Shown: positions 1-9,727, numbered from the stretch's first letter. The stretch is 64,000 bases of DNA from an uncultured bacterium (GCA_963752935.1 CAVWAL010000016.1:8549-72548), one strand, 5' to 3'. Notes: a model not told the origin generated them from the sequence alone. A program made the numbers and translations.

Positions 1-366
1 GATGGCGCCGTTGTAGACCAGCCCGATCAGCGATGAGCGGCGCGTGCCGGCCAATACATCGGCGCGGGCGTTAGAAGCCATATCGTCTTGGGATGTGGAG
101 GTCTGAAAGCGTTCATCGAAGTTGACGTTGCTGGTGGTGCGGGCAATGGCGACGGTAGAGGAGGCTTCATACACAGGATTCTGCACAAAGCGCAGGGCGA
201 TCACGCCGCCTGCCGCCACGATGGCGGCCAGTAGGGCCAGGGCGATGATCTCACGCCACCAGGCCGCCAGCACCAGAACATATTGGCGCAGATCAATCTC
301 ATCCTCGGCCCAGGCAGGGGACACGGCGGGATCGGGCGTGTCAAATTGGGGATTGCTGACGGCCAT
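1..366 (-). CDS. Polysaccharide chain-length determinant (Wzz/GumC-like) protein, N-terminal part; the gene runs off the window start
   Basis: ATG at 366-364. Hand translation gives MAVSNPQFDTPDPAVSPAWAEDEIDLRQYVLVLAAWWREIIALALLAAIVAAGGV..., a Wzz-type IDLRQY motif followed by a TM helix. The frame stays open to position 1. The + strand ORFs 122-534 are shadow ORFs. Confidence 0.6.
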   Translation of the reverse strand, partial: MAVSNPQFDTPDPAVSPAWAEDEIDLRQYVLVLAAWWREIIALALLAAIVAAGGVIALRFVQNPVYEASSTVAIARTTSNVNFDERFQTSTSQDDMASNARADVLAGTRRSSLIGLVYNGAI

Positions 367-785
367 AGGTGTTTTCCTCACTGGGGGCAACTCTTGGAAC
401 CACTCACAACAAACAATGTATACACGGCGCGGGCAGCATACGTCGCTGGAGCAAGACTTTTCCGGTTAGGCGCCCACGGTAGCGGATGGAGCAGATTCGG
501 CGCTGCGCGATTGCTCTCCTGTAAGCAACGATAAGGGCATGGCCCCATACGCAGAGCGATTGTGACGTCAGTGTCCAGTGTGAGAGCGGAGAGACGGCAT
601 TGGGAGACATGTCACACATGGCTTAGAAGACGATTGCGATCATACTGTAGCCCGTTTCATTTGGCAAGTTTTGACAAGCGGTGGCGGTTGAGCGCGCAAC
701 CAACTAGTGATACACTACCCTCTACACCGCACGTCTGCTGTGCGCCGGCGCACAGCGCCGGAATCGGATTTCCGGCATTCTTCTC

Positions 786-2222
786 GTGACGGCACGCTCA
801 CGCGCGTCGCCTTTGAAGCCTGCATCGTTCCTTTCTGGATACTCTATGCCGCCCAATATGCCACCGAAGCGCAGTGCTACAGTTCTCTACCGTCTTCTCT
901 TGCCGCTGGTTTTGGCCATTGGGCTACTGCCCCTGTTTCACGTCGCCGGCAGTACACAACCGACCCTGAGCTGCCGTCTCGACCCACCCGAGACAAGTCT
1001 GGCCCAGCCGAGCAATCTGCAACTGCGGCTGACCAATGTCCAGAACATGACGGTAGGCGAGATCGAATTGACGGTGCAGTATGATAACGTGACCCTGCTC
1101 GATCCGCCGACCTTCAGCAATGGGGATCTCTTCGCCACACTAGTTGAGCAACCGGTGGAGGCGGGTAAGATCAGCCTCACGCTCACTGCCGAGGAGCCGC
1201 AGGATCCGGCTCCCTTTGCAGTCAACGAAGGGGTGATCGCTGTCTCGTCCGTAACCGGCAACACAGCCGGGGTTGTCTCGTTCACGTTGACTCTGGACAG
1301 CGCCACCCTGGTGGACAGTAACAATGTCACGACCACACTCAGCGTGGACCCCAACTGCTTTCTGGCGATTGGCGGTGCCCAGGTGCCTACCGATACCGCC
1401 ACGCCATCGCCGACCCCGACGCCGACGATGACCTCGACTGCGACGCTGACCACCACACTGACCACGACGCCGAGCCTGACCCCGAACACACCGGTCCCAG
1501 ATACAGCGACGGCGATGCCGGGGGCCACTTCGCCGCTGCCGACGCCAACCTTTACGCCGATACCCAGCGAGACGCCGACCCCGGAGCCGACTGCTACACC
1601 TTCGTGGACGCCCACGCCTTCGTGGACGCCGACTGTGTTGGTGATTGCGACCCCTACACAGCGCAGCGACCTGGCTCAGTCACCGCTCGAGACGCCGACG
1701 CCGCTAATCGAGGCTCAGCCAACAGATACGCAGATTGTGGCGCCCAATACAGCCGGCACGCCCGATATCGCCCTGACCCTGACCGTGGAAGCGCAGGTCA
1801 CCCTGGTCGATCTCTCTGAGGAGGATGTTGTGCTTGTACCACTGGTGGAGACGCCCGTCCTTGTCCCAACGGCAACGCCTGTGCAATCGGCGACGCCGTC
1901 GATCGAGTTGCTGTCGCCGCCTACAATCGATGAAGAGGCGACGCCCGATCTGGACTTGAGTGACGGCAGGGCGCTTGCCGAACCAATCGCAGCCCCCACC
2001 TCTGCACAGATCGCGGTGAACGCGGCAGAGCAGTCTGCCACTGCAGATCAGGCGGCTCCTGCTGCTCCTGCCGGCCAGTTACTTAGCGCCGGCCGGGTGG
2101 ATCAACCGCCGGCCGGGCCGGTGCCTCGTGGCGGCCCGCTCTACCTGACCCTGGGGTGGCTCACATTCGCCGGCGCAGTTGTACTCGTCTTTACATCCTG
2201 GTGGCTACGTCGTCCCCGATAA
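786..2222 (+). CDS. Secreted/cell-surface protein with a cohesin-like N-domain, a Pro/Thr-rich linker and a C-terminal TM plus basic tail
   Basis: 478 aa ORF with GTG at 786 (alternative ATG at 846 gives MPPNMPPKRSATVLYRLLLPLVLAIGLL, signal-like). It contains a cohesin-like segment LRLTNVQNMTVGEIELTVQYDNVTLLD. A long TPSPTPTPT...TPSWTPTPSWTPT linker follows. The C-terminus is LYLTLGWLTFAGAVVLVFTSWWLRRPR. Confidence 0.55.
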   Translation: MTARSRASPLKPASFLSGYSMPPNMPPKRSATVLYRLLLPLVLAIGLLPLFHVAGSTQPTLSCRLDPPETSLAQPSNLQLRLTNVQNMTVGEIELTVQYDNVTLLDPPTFSNGDLFATLVEQPVEAGKISLTLTAEEPQDPAPFAVNEGVIAVSSVTGNTAGVVSFTLTLDSATLVDSNNVTTTLSVDPNCFLAIGGAQVPTDTATPSPTPTPTMTSTATLTTTLTTTPSLTPNTPVPDTATAMPGATSPLPTPTFTPIPSETPTPEPTATPSWTPTPSWTPTVLVIATPTQRSDLAQSPLETPTPLIEAQPTDTQIVAPNTAGTPDIALTLTVEAQVTLVDLSEEDVVLVPLVETPVLVPTATPVQSATPSIELLSPPTIDEEATPDLDLSDGRALAEPIAAPTSAQIAVNAAEQSATADQAAPAAPAGQLLSAGRVDQPPAGPVPRGGPLYLTLGWLTFAGAVVLVFTSWWLRRPR

Positions 2223-2282
2223 TGCCTGTACTTGATAATCTCTATCTTTTTGTTGCCTTTCCTAGAGGAGGAATGAAACCCC

Positions 2283-3746
2283 ATGCATAGTTCCCGATTG
2301 AACCGCGCCGGTCTGTGGATCGCGCTGGTAGCGCTTTGGGCGCTGTTTGCCGCCTGCACCACGCCGGCGTTGCCCGCCATAGATAGCTCTGCCATAGAGA
2401 GTAGTTCCGGCGCGCAAAGTGAAGAAGCCACACCCACTGCCGCACCCGCCGGCACCGAAGCGCCTGCCCAGGCTGCCACAGGCGACCAGGCTACTGCCGA
2501 TAACCAAGAGACGGTGGACGGCATTCCGGTAGGCTTTACCGAAGAGGGTTACCCCTACCGCGGCAGCCTCGATGCGCCGATCACTGTTTATGAATTTAGC
2601 GACTACCAGTGTCCTTTCTGCGCTCGCCATGTCATCCAGACTGAACCGGCGCTCAAAGATAACTATGTCGCCAACGGACAGGTGCGCTTTGTCTTCCGCG
2701 ACTTGCCGCTAGAGTCACTGCACCCCAACGCCATCCCCGCCGCAATTGCCGCCAATTGTGTGGCCGAACAGGGCGCCGTGCCCTACTGGGAAATGCACGG
2801 GTTGCTCTTCCGCGCTCAGTCGGAATGGAGCAACATGACCGATCCCGCTTCGACTTTTGCCCGACTGGCCGAAGAAGCCGGCGCTGATCCGGATCTCTAC
2901 GCTACCTGCATCGCCGAGACATCCGACGCCAAGGAAGCCGCAGTCCGCGCCAGCGTGGACGAAGCCGCCGCCTTCGATTTCACGGGCACGCCCAGCTTCC
3001 TCTTTGTCGACGAAGCCAGCAAAGACGCCTATCCGCTCGTCGGCGCCCAGCCCTTCGATGTCTTTGCCGGCTATATCGATGCCATGATCGCAGGGGAACC
3101 CCCCGTCGATCCCGCCGCAGCCGAACAGGGCGCGGCACAGATCCCCTACTGGGCCACTGCCGAAGGACTTGCGCCGGACCCCGATAACCCCGGTGTCAAT
3201 ATGGCCGGTGATTTCTGGCGCGGTGATCCCGACGCCCCCCTCACTGTCATCGAGTTTAGCGACTTCCAGTGTCCCTTCTGTCGCCAACATACGCTGGATA
3301 CCCAGCCGGTGTTGGATGAGGAGTTCGTCGATCCCGGTACTGTGCGCTGGGTCTTCAAGCACTTCCCGGTGGAACAGAGCCATCCGCAGGCCGTGGCCTC
3401 CTCCGGCGCGGCACAGTGCGCCGGCAATCAGGGCAAATTCTGGGAGATGCACGATCTACTCTTCGAACGCTCCAGCGATTGGGCGAACAGCGGCGTCGAC
3501 GAAGCCCTGGTTACCCTGGCCGAGGAACTCGAGCTCGACATCGATCAGTTTAACGCCTGTATGGAAGATGAGGCCACTTACCAGAAGATCCTGGCCGATC
3601 TTAACGAAGGCGGCGGGTTCGTGCGCGGTACGCCCACGTTTGTGGTCCTCTACGGCGAAGAAGGACGGCTGATCCCCGGTGCGCTGCCCGCCGATCAGTT
3701 CAGCGCCGCCCTTACTCAGATCCTGGCCGAGGCCGGGGGAGAGTAG
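2283..3746 (+). CDS. Lipoprotein with two tandem DsbA-family thioredoxin domains (thiol:disulfide oxidoreductase)
   Basis: RBS GAGGAGGAA lies upstream. The lipobox-like N-terminus is LWALFAAC. Two repeated modules each carry a CPFC motif (SDYQCPFCARH and SDFQCPFCRQH). A terminator follows. Confidence 0.85.
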   Translation: MHSSRLNRAGLWIALVALWALFAACTTPALPAIDSSAIESSSGAQSEEATPTAAPAGTEAPAQAATGDQATADNQETVDGIPVGFTEEGYPYRGSLDAPITVYEFSDYQCPFCARHVIQTEPALKDNYVANGQVRFVFRDLPLESLHPNAIPAAIAANCVAEQGAVPYWEMHGLLFRAQSEWSNMTDPASTFARLAEEAGADPDLYATCIAETSDAKEAAVRASVDEAAAFDFTGTPSFLFVDEASKDAYPLVGAQPFDVFAGYIDAMIAGEPPVDPAAAEQGAAQIPYWATAEGLAPDPDNPGVNMAGDFWRGDPDAPLTVIEFSDFQCPFCRQHTLDTQPVLDEEFVDPGTVRWVFKHFPVEQSHPQAVASSGAAQCAGNQGKFWEMHDLLFERSSDWANSGVDEALVTLAEELELDIDQFNACMEDEATYQKILADLNEGGGFVRGTPTFVVLYGEEGRLIPGALPADQFSAALTQILAEAGGE

Positions 3747-3760
3747 CCCTTGATTCACCC

Positions 3761-3801
3761 AAAAACGACCGGGAAGCCCAAAACTTCCCGGTCGTTTTTT
3801 T
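3761..3801 (+). terminator. Rho-independent terminator after the DsbA-like gene
   Basis: Stem ACGACCGGGAAG / CTTCCCGGTCGT with a 7-nt loop, followed by T7. Confidence 0.85.
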
Positions 3802-3858
3802 ACCCACAGTTCATGGTCCGACTCTTCATCCTGCGGCTAGCAGTGGTCTACCTCTCTG

Positions 3859-4722
3859 TCAGCTAGGGGTAAACAGATCATACGCCCCCAGCAGCGCGGC
3901 CTCTTCACCCAACGACCCACAACGGACCGCCACCGACAGTTCCTGTTGTAGTGCCGACCCGAAGAGATCGAAGGTGTTGGCGATACCACCCATCACCACC
4001 AGCCCATCGGCATCAAAACCGGCCACCAGCGGCCGCATAAAGAGTCCTAGATCGCGGCCAAATTCGGCAAAAGCCCGCCGCGCAGGGGCATCCCCGGCAT
4101 GGGCTAAATGGGCAGCGGCGCGTACATCATCCACCGCAATCCCCGCAGCATGACAGCGACCCATCAACCCACGGATCGAAAAGACGTCGTCGGCCTGGCG
4201 TCCCTCGAAGAGCAGCGGATAGATCCAGCCGTTGGGCGGCACACCCGGCCCCTCTGTCTGTGGCACGCCGCCAACCAGGAAGGCCGATCCGCTGCCGGTG
4301 CCCAGGGTGAGGCCGATAAGCCGGTGCAGGTCACGCCCCACGCCGAACCGCGCCTCGCCCACGATCGCCGCCTCAGCGTCATTGCGAAAGCGGATGGGCA
4401 GATCCAGCGCGCCCAGACGCTGCCGCACACCATCCGCCACGTTGCAGCCGTAGATCGACTCGAACTTTTCCACGCCGCGGATGCGCGAAATCCCAGCCGC
4501 ATAGTCAAACGGTCCTGGGAAGCCCATCGCCACGCCATCCACGGCGCCGGTCTCTGTCAGGTGATCGGTTACAACCCGCGCCAGCGTACCCAGGATGACG
4601 TCGGCGTCTCCCTGGCTATTCATCGCCGTGTGGATGATCTCGCCGCGCAGCAGACCGTCCTCGACCAGGGCGCTCTTTACCGACGTGCCGCCCACATCAA
4701 GCGCTATGACCCTGGCGCTCAT
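3859..4722 (-). CDS. ROK-family / ASKHA sugar kinase (glucokinase-like)
   Basis: N-terminal IALDVGGTSVKSALV phosphate-binding motif and LTLGTGSGSAF motif. It overlaps the upstream gene stop by 4 nt. The classical ROK Cys zinc motif was not seen. Confidence 0.7.
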   Translation of the reverse strand: MSARVIALDVGGTSVKSALVEDGLLRGEIIHTAMNSQGDADVILGTLARVVTDHLTETGAVDGVAMGFPGPFDYAAGISRIRGVEKFESIYGCNVADGVRQRLGALDLPIRFRNDAEAAIVGEARFGVGRDLHRLIGLTLGTGSGSAFLVGGVPQTEGPGVPPNGWIYPLLFEGRQADDVFSIRGLMGRCHAAGIAVDDVRAAAHLAHAGDAPARRAFAEFGRDLGLFMRPLVAGFDADGLVVMGGIANTFDLFGSALQQELSVAVRCGSLGEEAALLGAYDLFTPS

Positions 4723-6572
4723 GGCTGCGCATCCGGTTTGAGGAAGGCACAGATCACGCGTACACGGTCCGATCCTTCGTTGATCAGCCGATAAGCGCCG
4801 GCGGCAGCGGGCACGACAAAGGTTTCAGCGTAGTTGAAGCGTTGGCGCCTGCCGCTCTCGGTCTCCAGGATCAACGACTGCCCTTCGACCAGGCTCATAA
4901 CGTGGGGCGATCCACTGGTTTCGGCCCTGATCTCATGCTCAAACTCGTAGCGACAGACGTCGTAGAAGTGGTCGGGGTGCGTAGGCAGATGGACAAGACG
5001 CCAGTCTTCCCCTTCGGCCAGGATTTCGGGTCGGCTGACCAGTTCGGCGCGCACACGCTCGCCCTTGCGCTCAAAGTTGAGGTTCTCGAAACCACGTTCC
5101 AAATTGATGGGACGCGGGTTGCCCTCCAGATCGAGGCGCATCCAGTCGTAGAGTTTGAAGGTAAAGATGTAGGGTGTGGCGCTGATTTCGAGGACAAGCA
5201 CGCCCTTGCCCGAACAATGAATGGTGCCGTGTGGGATGAGGAAAAGATCGTGCTTGTGCGCCGGTTCACTGTTGACGAAGCGGTCGGCGTCGATGGGTAC
5301 AGACTCAGTAAAGCTGCGTTCCAGTTCGGCGCGGAACCCGCTGGGGTCGATATTGTCCTGAAAGCCGAGGTAGACCTGAGATCCCGGCTCACAGTCGAGG
5401 ATGTAGTAGGTTTCATCCTGGGTAAAGCGCTCGCCGAAATGCCGGCGGATGTAGTCGGGCCGCGGGTGGACTTGCACCGACAGGTTCTGCCCGTCCACGG
5501 TGTCGAGGAAGTCGAAACGAATGGGGAATTCGTAGCCGAAGTGTGCGGCGCTGTCACCCAACACCTCCCGATGGTTGTGAAACATGAGAAAATCAAACGA
5601 GACTTCGAGCAGAACGCCGCCACTCTCGAAGACGATGCCGTTTTCGGGCACGATCAACTCGAACGACCAGGCGTAGTTGGGCACGTCCTGCGGCAATTGG
5701 GGAATGTGACGCTCGATCCAATGGCCGCCCCACACGCCCGGCTCAAACCAGGGGCGCACACGAAAGAAGTTTTGCGACATCTGGTCCAAACCGGCACGCA
5801 GATCGTCACCGGTCATCCACAGCGGATCGTCGGGGCGCTGACCGTCGATCACAATATCCACGTGCGAGAGCAGATGCGCCTTGTGGGCGTTGAGCGCGGG
5901 CCAGTCCACAAAATAGAAACGCTTGTACTGTGGCTTGGGTGAGATTGGTTTCGACGCGCCCAGGTTGTTCACCGTCCCGGCGCGGCTGCGAAATTGGAGT
6001 TCGTTCTTGGGCAGGTCGACGTAAAGGGTGAGACCATGCCAACCTGCCAGCGCTGCACCGCAGCCGTAGAGGATCGACATGTCCGCCTCGGGGTCGGGTG
6101 CCAACCCGGCCAACGCATCGAGATCGAAGAAATCGGCCAGCGTGCCGGTGAAGCGCGTGCCGAAGATGGGGTCATCGCCGCCCAGGAAGGGTTCGATCAT
6201 GGTTGCGATCTCGGCTTCAGGCTTCAGTGCCGGCGACACATCTACCCACGACACGACAAGTTCGCGGGCGCGCAGCGACGCATCCAACCGCTTCTGAAAA
6301 TCTGGCCAGAAGATGCCTTCAAAGCCGTCGATAATCACGGTGTTCTCCTGCATCAACCGCTTCGCCAGCGATCCAAAACCGATGTTGATTTTATTGGGGC
6401 CGATGTCGAAGCCAGGGTAAAGATCGTACTGTCCAGGCTCGGTCGGCGTGCGGGAAGCCGGCATGAGATTCTGGGTGGTCTTGCGCCAGTTAGGAGGGTT
6501 TGGCACGATGGAATCCTTATTGCGAATGGCGAACTGTGATCGGTCTGCCGTCGATGCGGGTTTGAACTGCAC
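4719..6572 (-). CDS. Class I mannose-6-phosphate isomerase-like cupin protein with a long N-terminal extension
   Basis: PMI-type motifs SVQVHPRPDY and LFLIPHGTIHCSG. The start is ambiguous: GTG 6572, GTG 6506 (preceded by AAGGA) or ATG 6464. The 5' end overlaps the tail of the GH38 ORF. Confidence 0.6.
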   Translation of the reverse strand: MQFKPASTADRSQFAIRNKDSIVPNPPNWRKTTQNLMPASRTPTEPGQYDLYPGFDIGPNKINIGFGSLAKRLMQENTVIIDGFEGIFWPDFQKRLDASLRARELVVSWVDVSPALKPEAEIATMIEPFLGGDDPIFGTRFTGTLADFFDLDALAGLAPDPEADMSILYGCGAALAGWHGLTLYVDLPKNELQFRSRAGTVNNLGASKPISPKPQYKRFYFVDWPALNAHKAHLLSHVDIVIDGQRPDDPLWMTGDDLRAGLDQMSQNFFRVRPWFEPGVWGGHWIERHIPQLPQDVPNYAWSFELIVPENGIVFESGGVLLEVSFDFLMFHNHREVLGDSAAHFGYEFPIRFDFLDTVDGQNLSVQVHPRPDYIRRHFGERFTQDETYYILDCEPGSQVYLGFQDNIDPSGFRAELERSFTESVPIDADRFVNSEPAHKHDLFLIPHGTIHCSGKGVLVLEISATPYIFTFKLYDWMRLDLEGNPRPINLERGFENLNFERKGERVRAELVSRPEILAEGEDWRLVHLPTHPDHFYDVCRYEFEHEIRAETSGSPHVMSLVEGQSLILETESGRRQRFNYAETFVVPAAAGAYRLINEGSDRVRVICAFLKPDAQP

Positions 6573-9370
6573 GTCTTCGTTTTCGTTGACAAAATCCTGT
6601 GCTTGAAAACAGTCTCTACGCTACGTGCAACGGTTAGCCGCACGACGGCGACACGCCGCGCGGGGACGACCACACTGGTGGCGCCGTTCTGCACGGGCAG
6701 GTCGGCGCCGGCGTTGCCGAAGAGATCGCACGATTGGGCCGCGCTGATTTGCAGGAGACCCGATCGAATCTGGGCCGGTTGATCGGCGTCGCTGGTGTTG
6801 TGCAAGCGAACGATGATCCCCTCCCCATCCGCCGCGGGCTTGACGTGGACGGCGACGATGGGCGCTTCGGGCAGGCGCAGCAGGGAACCACGCGACGGCA
6901 GTTCGGGCACGGCGATGGTCGGTTCGCCCAATGGCTGCACCACGGGATCGCTGTTGATGGCTTCCCAGCCCCAACGGTGGGCCTGCGCTTCGTCGAAGCC
7001 GCCGGCGTGGGGATGCAAGCGATAGCGGGCCGAGACGCGGCCCGGCTGGTGGGCGCGGAAGTTGGTTTCCCAATAGTTGTTGGTCACCCAGCCCAGCAGC
7101 ATTGCCCGTTCCGGTGCGCACGTGCTCTGGAAGTCGCCGAAGTGGAAGTCGCCCAGTTGCACCAGCGGGTTTTCGGGGATCGCCACCGTCATGCCGCGCT
7201 CGTCGTTAGAGAAGTCGACCCAGCCTTGCACGGTAAAGTAATCGCGGCAGGAGCCGGGCAACTGGTCCTCATGCGGGATCACGGGCTGGCCGCCCACATC
7301 GAAGCGGGCGGTGGCGCCGGGCACGTCGAAGGGGAAGAGCAGGTAGGTGGCGTCGGGGTGGCTGGAAAGGCCCATATCCCACCAAGATTCGCATTCGATC
7401 CAGTCGGCGTAGTGGGGCAAGAAGAGACGCTGCGTTAATTCACCCTCTATGCCCGCTGCGGTCAGGGTCTGGCGCACGACGATACCCAGCGGCGTGTGGA
7501 AGACGCGGTGGCTGCGCACTTCCCCGGCCTGTCGCCGGTTGGGGCGCCAATCCGGCTTCCACCCTGAACCCAGTTCGGCGCGCCTGGCCGACCACGAACG
7601 CTCGAAGAGGTTATTGCGCGGCCACTCGGCATCGTGATCCGCTACTTCCTCATGCACGAAGCTGTGCAGCGGATAGTCCGCCGTGGCGTCGACCCACTCG
7701 CAGTCGAGTTGCTTGTCAAAGAGCGAAACCACGCCGCCCCACTCACGATCAAAGGTGACGCGGAAGCGGTGATTTTCCACGCTGGCCGCTTCGCTCTGCT
7801 CGATGAAGGTATCGGGTTCGCCGCTATAGCGGGCCTGGAAGCCGCCACCGCCGGCTGCACTGCGTTCGGCAGCGTGCACAGCGTTCAGTTCGCTCTTTTT
7901 GACGACGGTATAGCCGTAGCCCGGCACTTCGGTGGGCGGCAGGATGTAGCGATCCTCTGGGCGCTGTACGAGTCGGGCCAGATCTTCCACATGACGGTGC
8001 AGCGTGTGCCGTCGATCCAGGTGGTGGCGACCGGCGGTGCCGTCCTCCACCTGTCCGCGCACATTGACCGACGCCGGCGGCAGCGGACCGGCAAGCGTGC
8101 GCGCCCATGGCAACGGGTTGAAGATGAGCACGTCGGCGTCGTCGTTGCGGGTGACGTAGCGGGCCAGTTCGGCCACACCGTCGCGCTGGAGAAGCAAGCT
8201 GAGGCTGCGGGCGTTGTAGGCGTACTGCGCCTTGTGGAACCACTGCGCCCAGGTGTCCTCGCCGTCGGGGATGCGTACGGCGGTGTCCGCACCCCAGGTG
8301 TGTTCGTCCCACAGGTTGAGGGCATCCCAGGCAGCTTCGCGGTATTTGGCGAAACTTTCCTGCGCCCATTGCGGACGGGTGACGGCCTCGGCTGGGGTAT
8401 CGTCTGCCAGGGCGTGGACGGCGGCGTGGAGGGCATCTGCGCTGCGCAGGCGGGCGCGGCTCTGGCGGTTGAGCGATTGCTCGCGCGCGCTGCTGATGGC
8501 GCCAAAATTCCAGAAGTCGGTCCAGTCGCCGCGCCAGAGGGGCAGATGATCTTCGTAGCGGCGCAGCGCCTGCCACCAGGTACGCGGCGTGCAGAAGATG
8601 ATGCGCGGCGTCTTGCCGGCGGCATTCCAGGCCTCGATGAAGGGTGTAAAGTCGAAGGCGCTGCCGTTGTCACCGAAGGGGTGGTAGCTCTGCAACATCA
8701 GAATCGGCAGCGGGTAGTCGATGCTGTCCAGGTGTTGCTGCACCAGCGACCACCATTCTTCCAGGTGAGCAGGGTCCTCGCGCCCGATGCCGAAGGTCCA
8801 ACCCTTGTCATAGGTCCAACCGTTGTAGGTGAGCAGGGTGCGTCCGCTGGGAGCCTGCCAGCGGAAAGGCATGGGCCGCGGCTTGAGCGGGCCGCCAAAA
8901 TGGTTGTTGATGGCCATGCTAAAGCCTTCGATGCCGGCGTCGAGCAGGGCGTCGACCACGGGCCAGTTCTCGCCGTTGACATCGCAGTTCATGGCGTGGC
9001 GGATGTCGAAGCCAAAGCGGCGGCGCAGACGGTCTACATTTTGCAGGCTTTCCACGACCTGATCGGTGTCATAGAGCGGCGTAATGTTGACGAGCATGCC
9101 GGTCACTTCGATGCGCCCGGCGCGCTCCATGGCCACAAAGCGATCGATCTCGGCGGGCGTGGCCTGATCGAGCCAGCGCATCAACGGCATCGTCGTCTCC
9201 ACCGTCCAATGGAAGGCGCCGTCGCCGTCTTGATCGGCGTACTTCTCGGCCAGGGCCAGGGCTTCGTCGATGAAACGCACGTACATGTCCCACACCACCG
9301 GCTGATCGTGGGTGTAGCCGACGTCGGTGTGGCTGTGGTGGATGAAGTAAACGGTATCGATGGCAGGCAT
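6353..9370 (-). CDS. Glycoside hydrolase family 38 alpha-mannosidase
   Basis: Start at MPAIDTVYFIHHSHTDVGYTHDQ (GH38 N-terminal metal-binding HxHxD motif) with RBS GAGGTG upstream. Length is about 1000 aa. The last ~90 codons look non-native and overlap the next gene. Confidence 0.8.
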   Translation of the reverse strand: MPAIDTVYFIHHSHTDVGYTHDQPVVWDMYVRFIDEALALAEKYADQDGDGAFHWTVETTMPLMRWLDQATPAEIDRFVAMERAGRIEVTGMLVNITPLYDTDQVVESLQNVDRLRRRFGFDIRHAMNCDVNGENWPVVDALLDAGIEGFSMAINNHFGGPLKPRPMPFRWQAPSGRTLLTYNGWTYDKGWTFGIGREDPAHLEEWWSLVQQHLDSIDYPLPILMLQSYHPFGDNGSAFDFTPFIEAWNAAGKTPRIIFCTPRTWWQALRRYEDHLPLWRGDWTDFWNFGAISSAREQSLNRQSRARLRSADALHAAVHALADDTPAEAVTRPQWAQESFAKYREAAWDALNLWDEHTWGADTAVRIPDGEDTWAQWFHKAQYAYNARSLSLLLQRDGVAELARYVTRNDDADVLIFNPLPWARTLAGPLPPASVNVRGQVEDGTAGRHHLDRRHTLHRHVEDLARLVQRPEDRYILPPTEVPGYGYTVVKKSELNAVHAAERSAAGGGGFQARYSGEPDTFIEQSEAASVENHRFRVTFDREWGGVVSLFDKQLDCEWVDATADYPLHSFVHEEVADHDAEWPRNNLFERSWSARRAELGSGWKPDWRPNRRQAGEVRSHRVFHTPLGIVVRQTLTAAGIEGELTQRLFLPHYADWIECESWWDMGLSSHPDATYLLFPFDVPGATARFDVGGQPVIPHEDQLPGSCRDYFTVQGWVDFSNDERGMTVAIPENPLVQLGDFHFGDFQSTCAPERAMLLGWVTNNYWETNFRAHQPGRVSARYRLHPHAGGFDEAQAHRWGWEAINSDPVVQPLGEPTIAVPELPSRGSLLRLPEAPIVAVHVKPAADGEGIIVRLHNTSDADQPAQIRSGLLQISAAQSCDLFGNAGADLPVQNGATSVVVPARRVAVVRLTVARSVETVFKHRILSTKTKTCSSNPHRRQTDHSSPFAIRIPSCQTLLTGARPPRISCRLPARRPSLDSTIFTLASTSAPIKSTSVLDRWRSG

Positions 9371-9466
9371 GGTCACCTCGGTCGATGGATAGTGAAGGGG
9401 TCGATGGAGGGGACTATAGCAGGGAGGGGAAGGATTGGGCAAACACGATTGGTCACCGCCGGTGAG

Positions 9467-9727
9467 CTACGGTAGTACGGTCCAGAAAGGCGTTCTGCAA
9501 CGGACATGAATCCGACGCAGGAAATTTATGCTCGAAGGGTCAGCCCTGCCGCCGAGTAGGTTCACTTCTTCCCCGACTCGCGCCAGCACGTTGCCTGTGG
9601 CGTTGACCACTTCGACAACGCCTTCACGCTGCACGAGTTCGGCGTCGGCCGGCCATAAAGGGACCATCCAACGGCAAGCCAAATTTGGAGAAAAGCACAG
9701 TGCTGCGACTAGACAGAACAAAGACAC
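9467..9727 (-). CDS. Possible small lipoprotein (hypothetical)
   Basis: 86 aa ORF with N-terminus MSLFCLVAALCFSPNLAC (lipobox-like L-A-C). No recognisable family and no clear RBS. Confidence 0.3.
   Translation of the reverse strand: MSLFCLVAALCFSPNLACRWMVPLWPADAELVQREGVVEVVNATGNVLARVGEEVNLLGGRADPSSINFLRRIHVRCRTPFWTVLP

Noticed and set aside
122-789. Small + strand ORFs at the window start
   Set aside because: ORFs 122-534 are the shadow of the minus-strand Wzz-like gene. ORFs 562-789 and 707-1084 have Arg/Ser-rich nonsense composition upstream of the cohesin-like gene.
7634-9475. Long antisense ORFs opposite well-supported genes (7634-9475 +, 10068-11126 -, 11283-12332 -, 30661-32106 +, 47297-48487 +, 49630-51078 +, 26727-27725 +, 4842-5942 +, 58653-59558 +)
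   Set aside because: These are typical high-GC shadow ORFs. Their products are Arg/Ala/Gly/His-rich with no recognisable motifs, while the opposite strand encodes proteins with clear family signatures.
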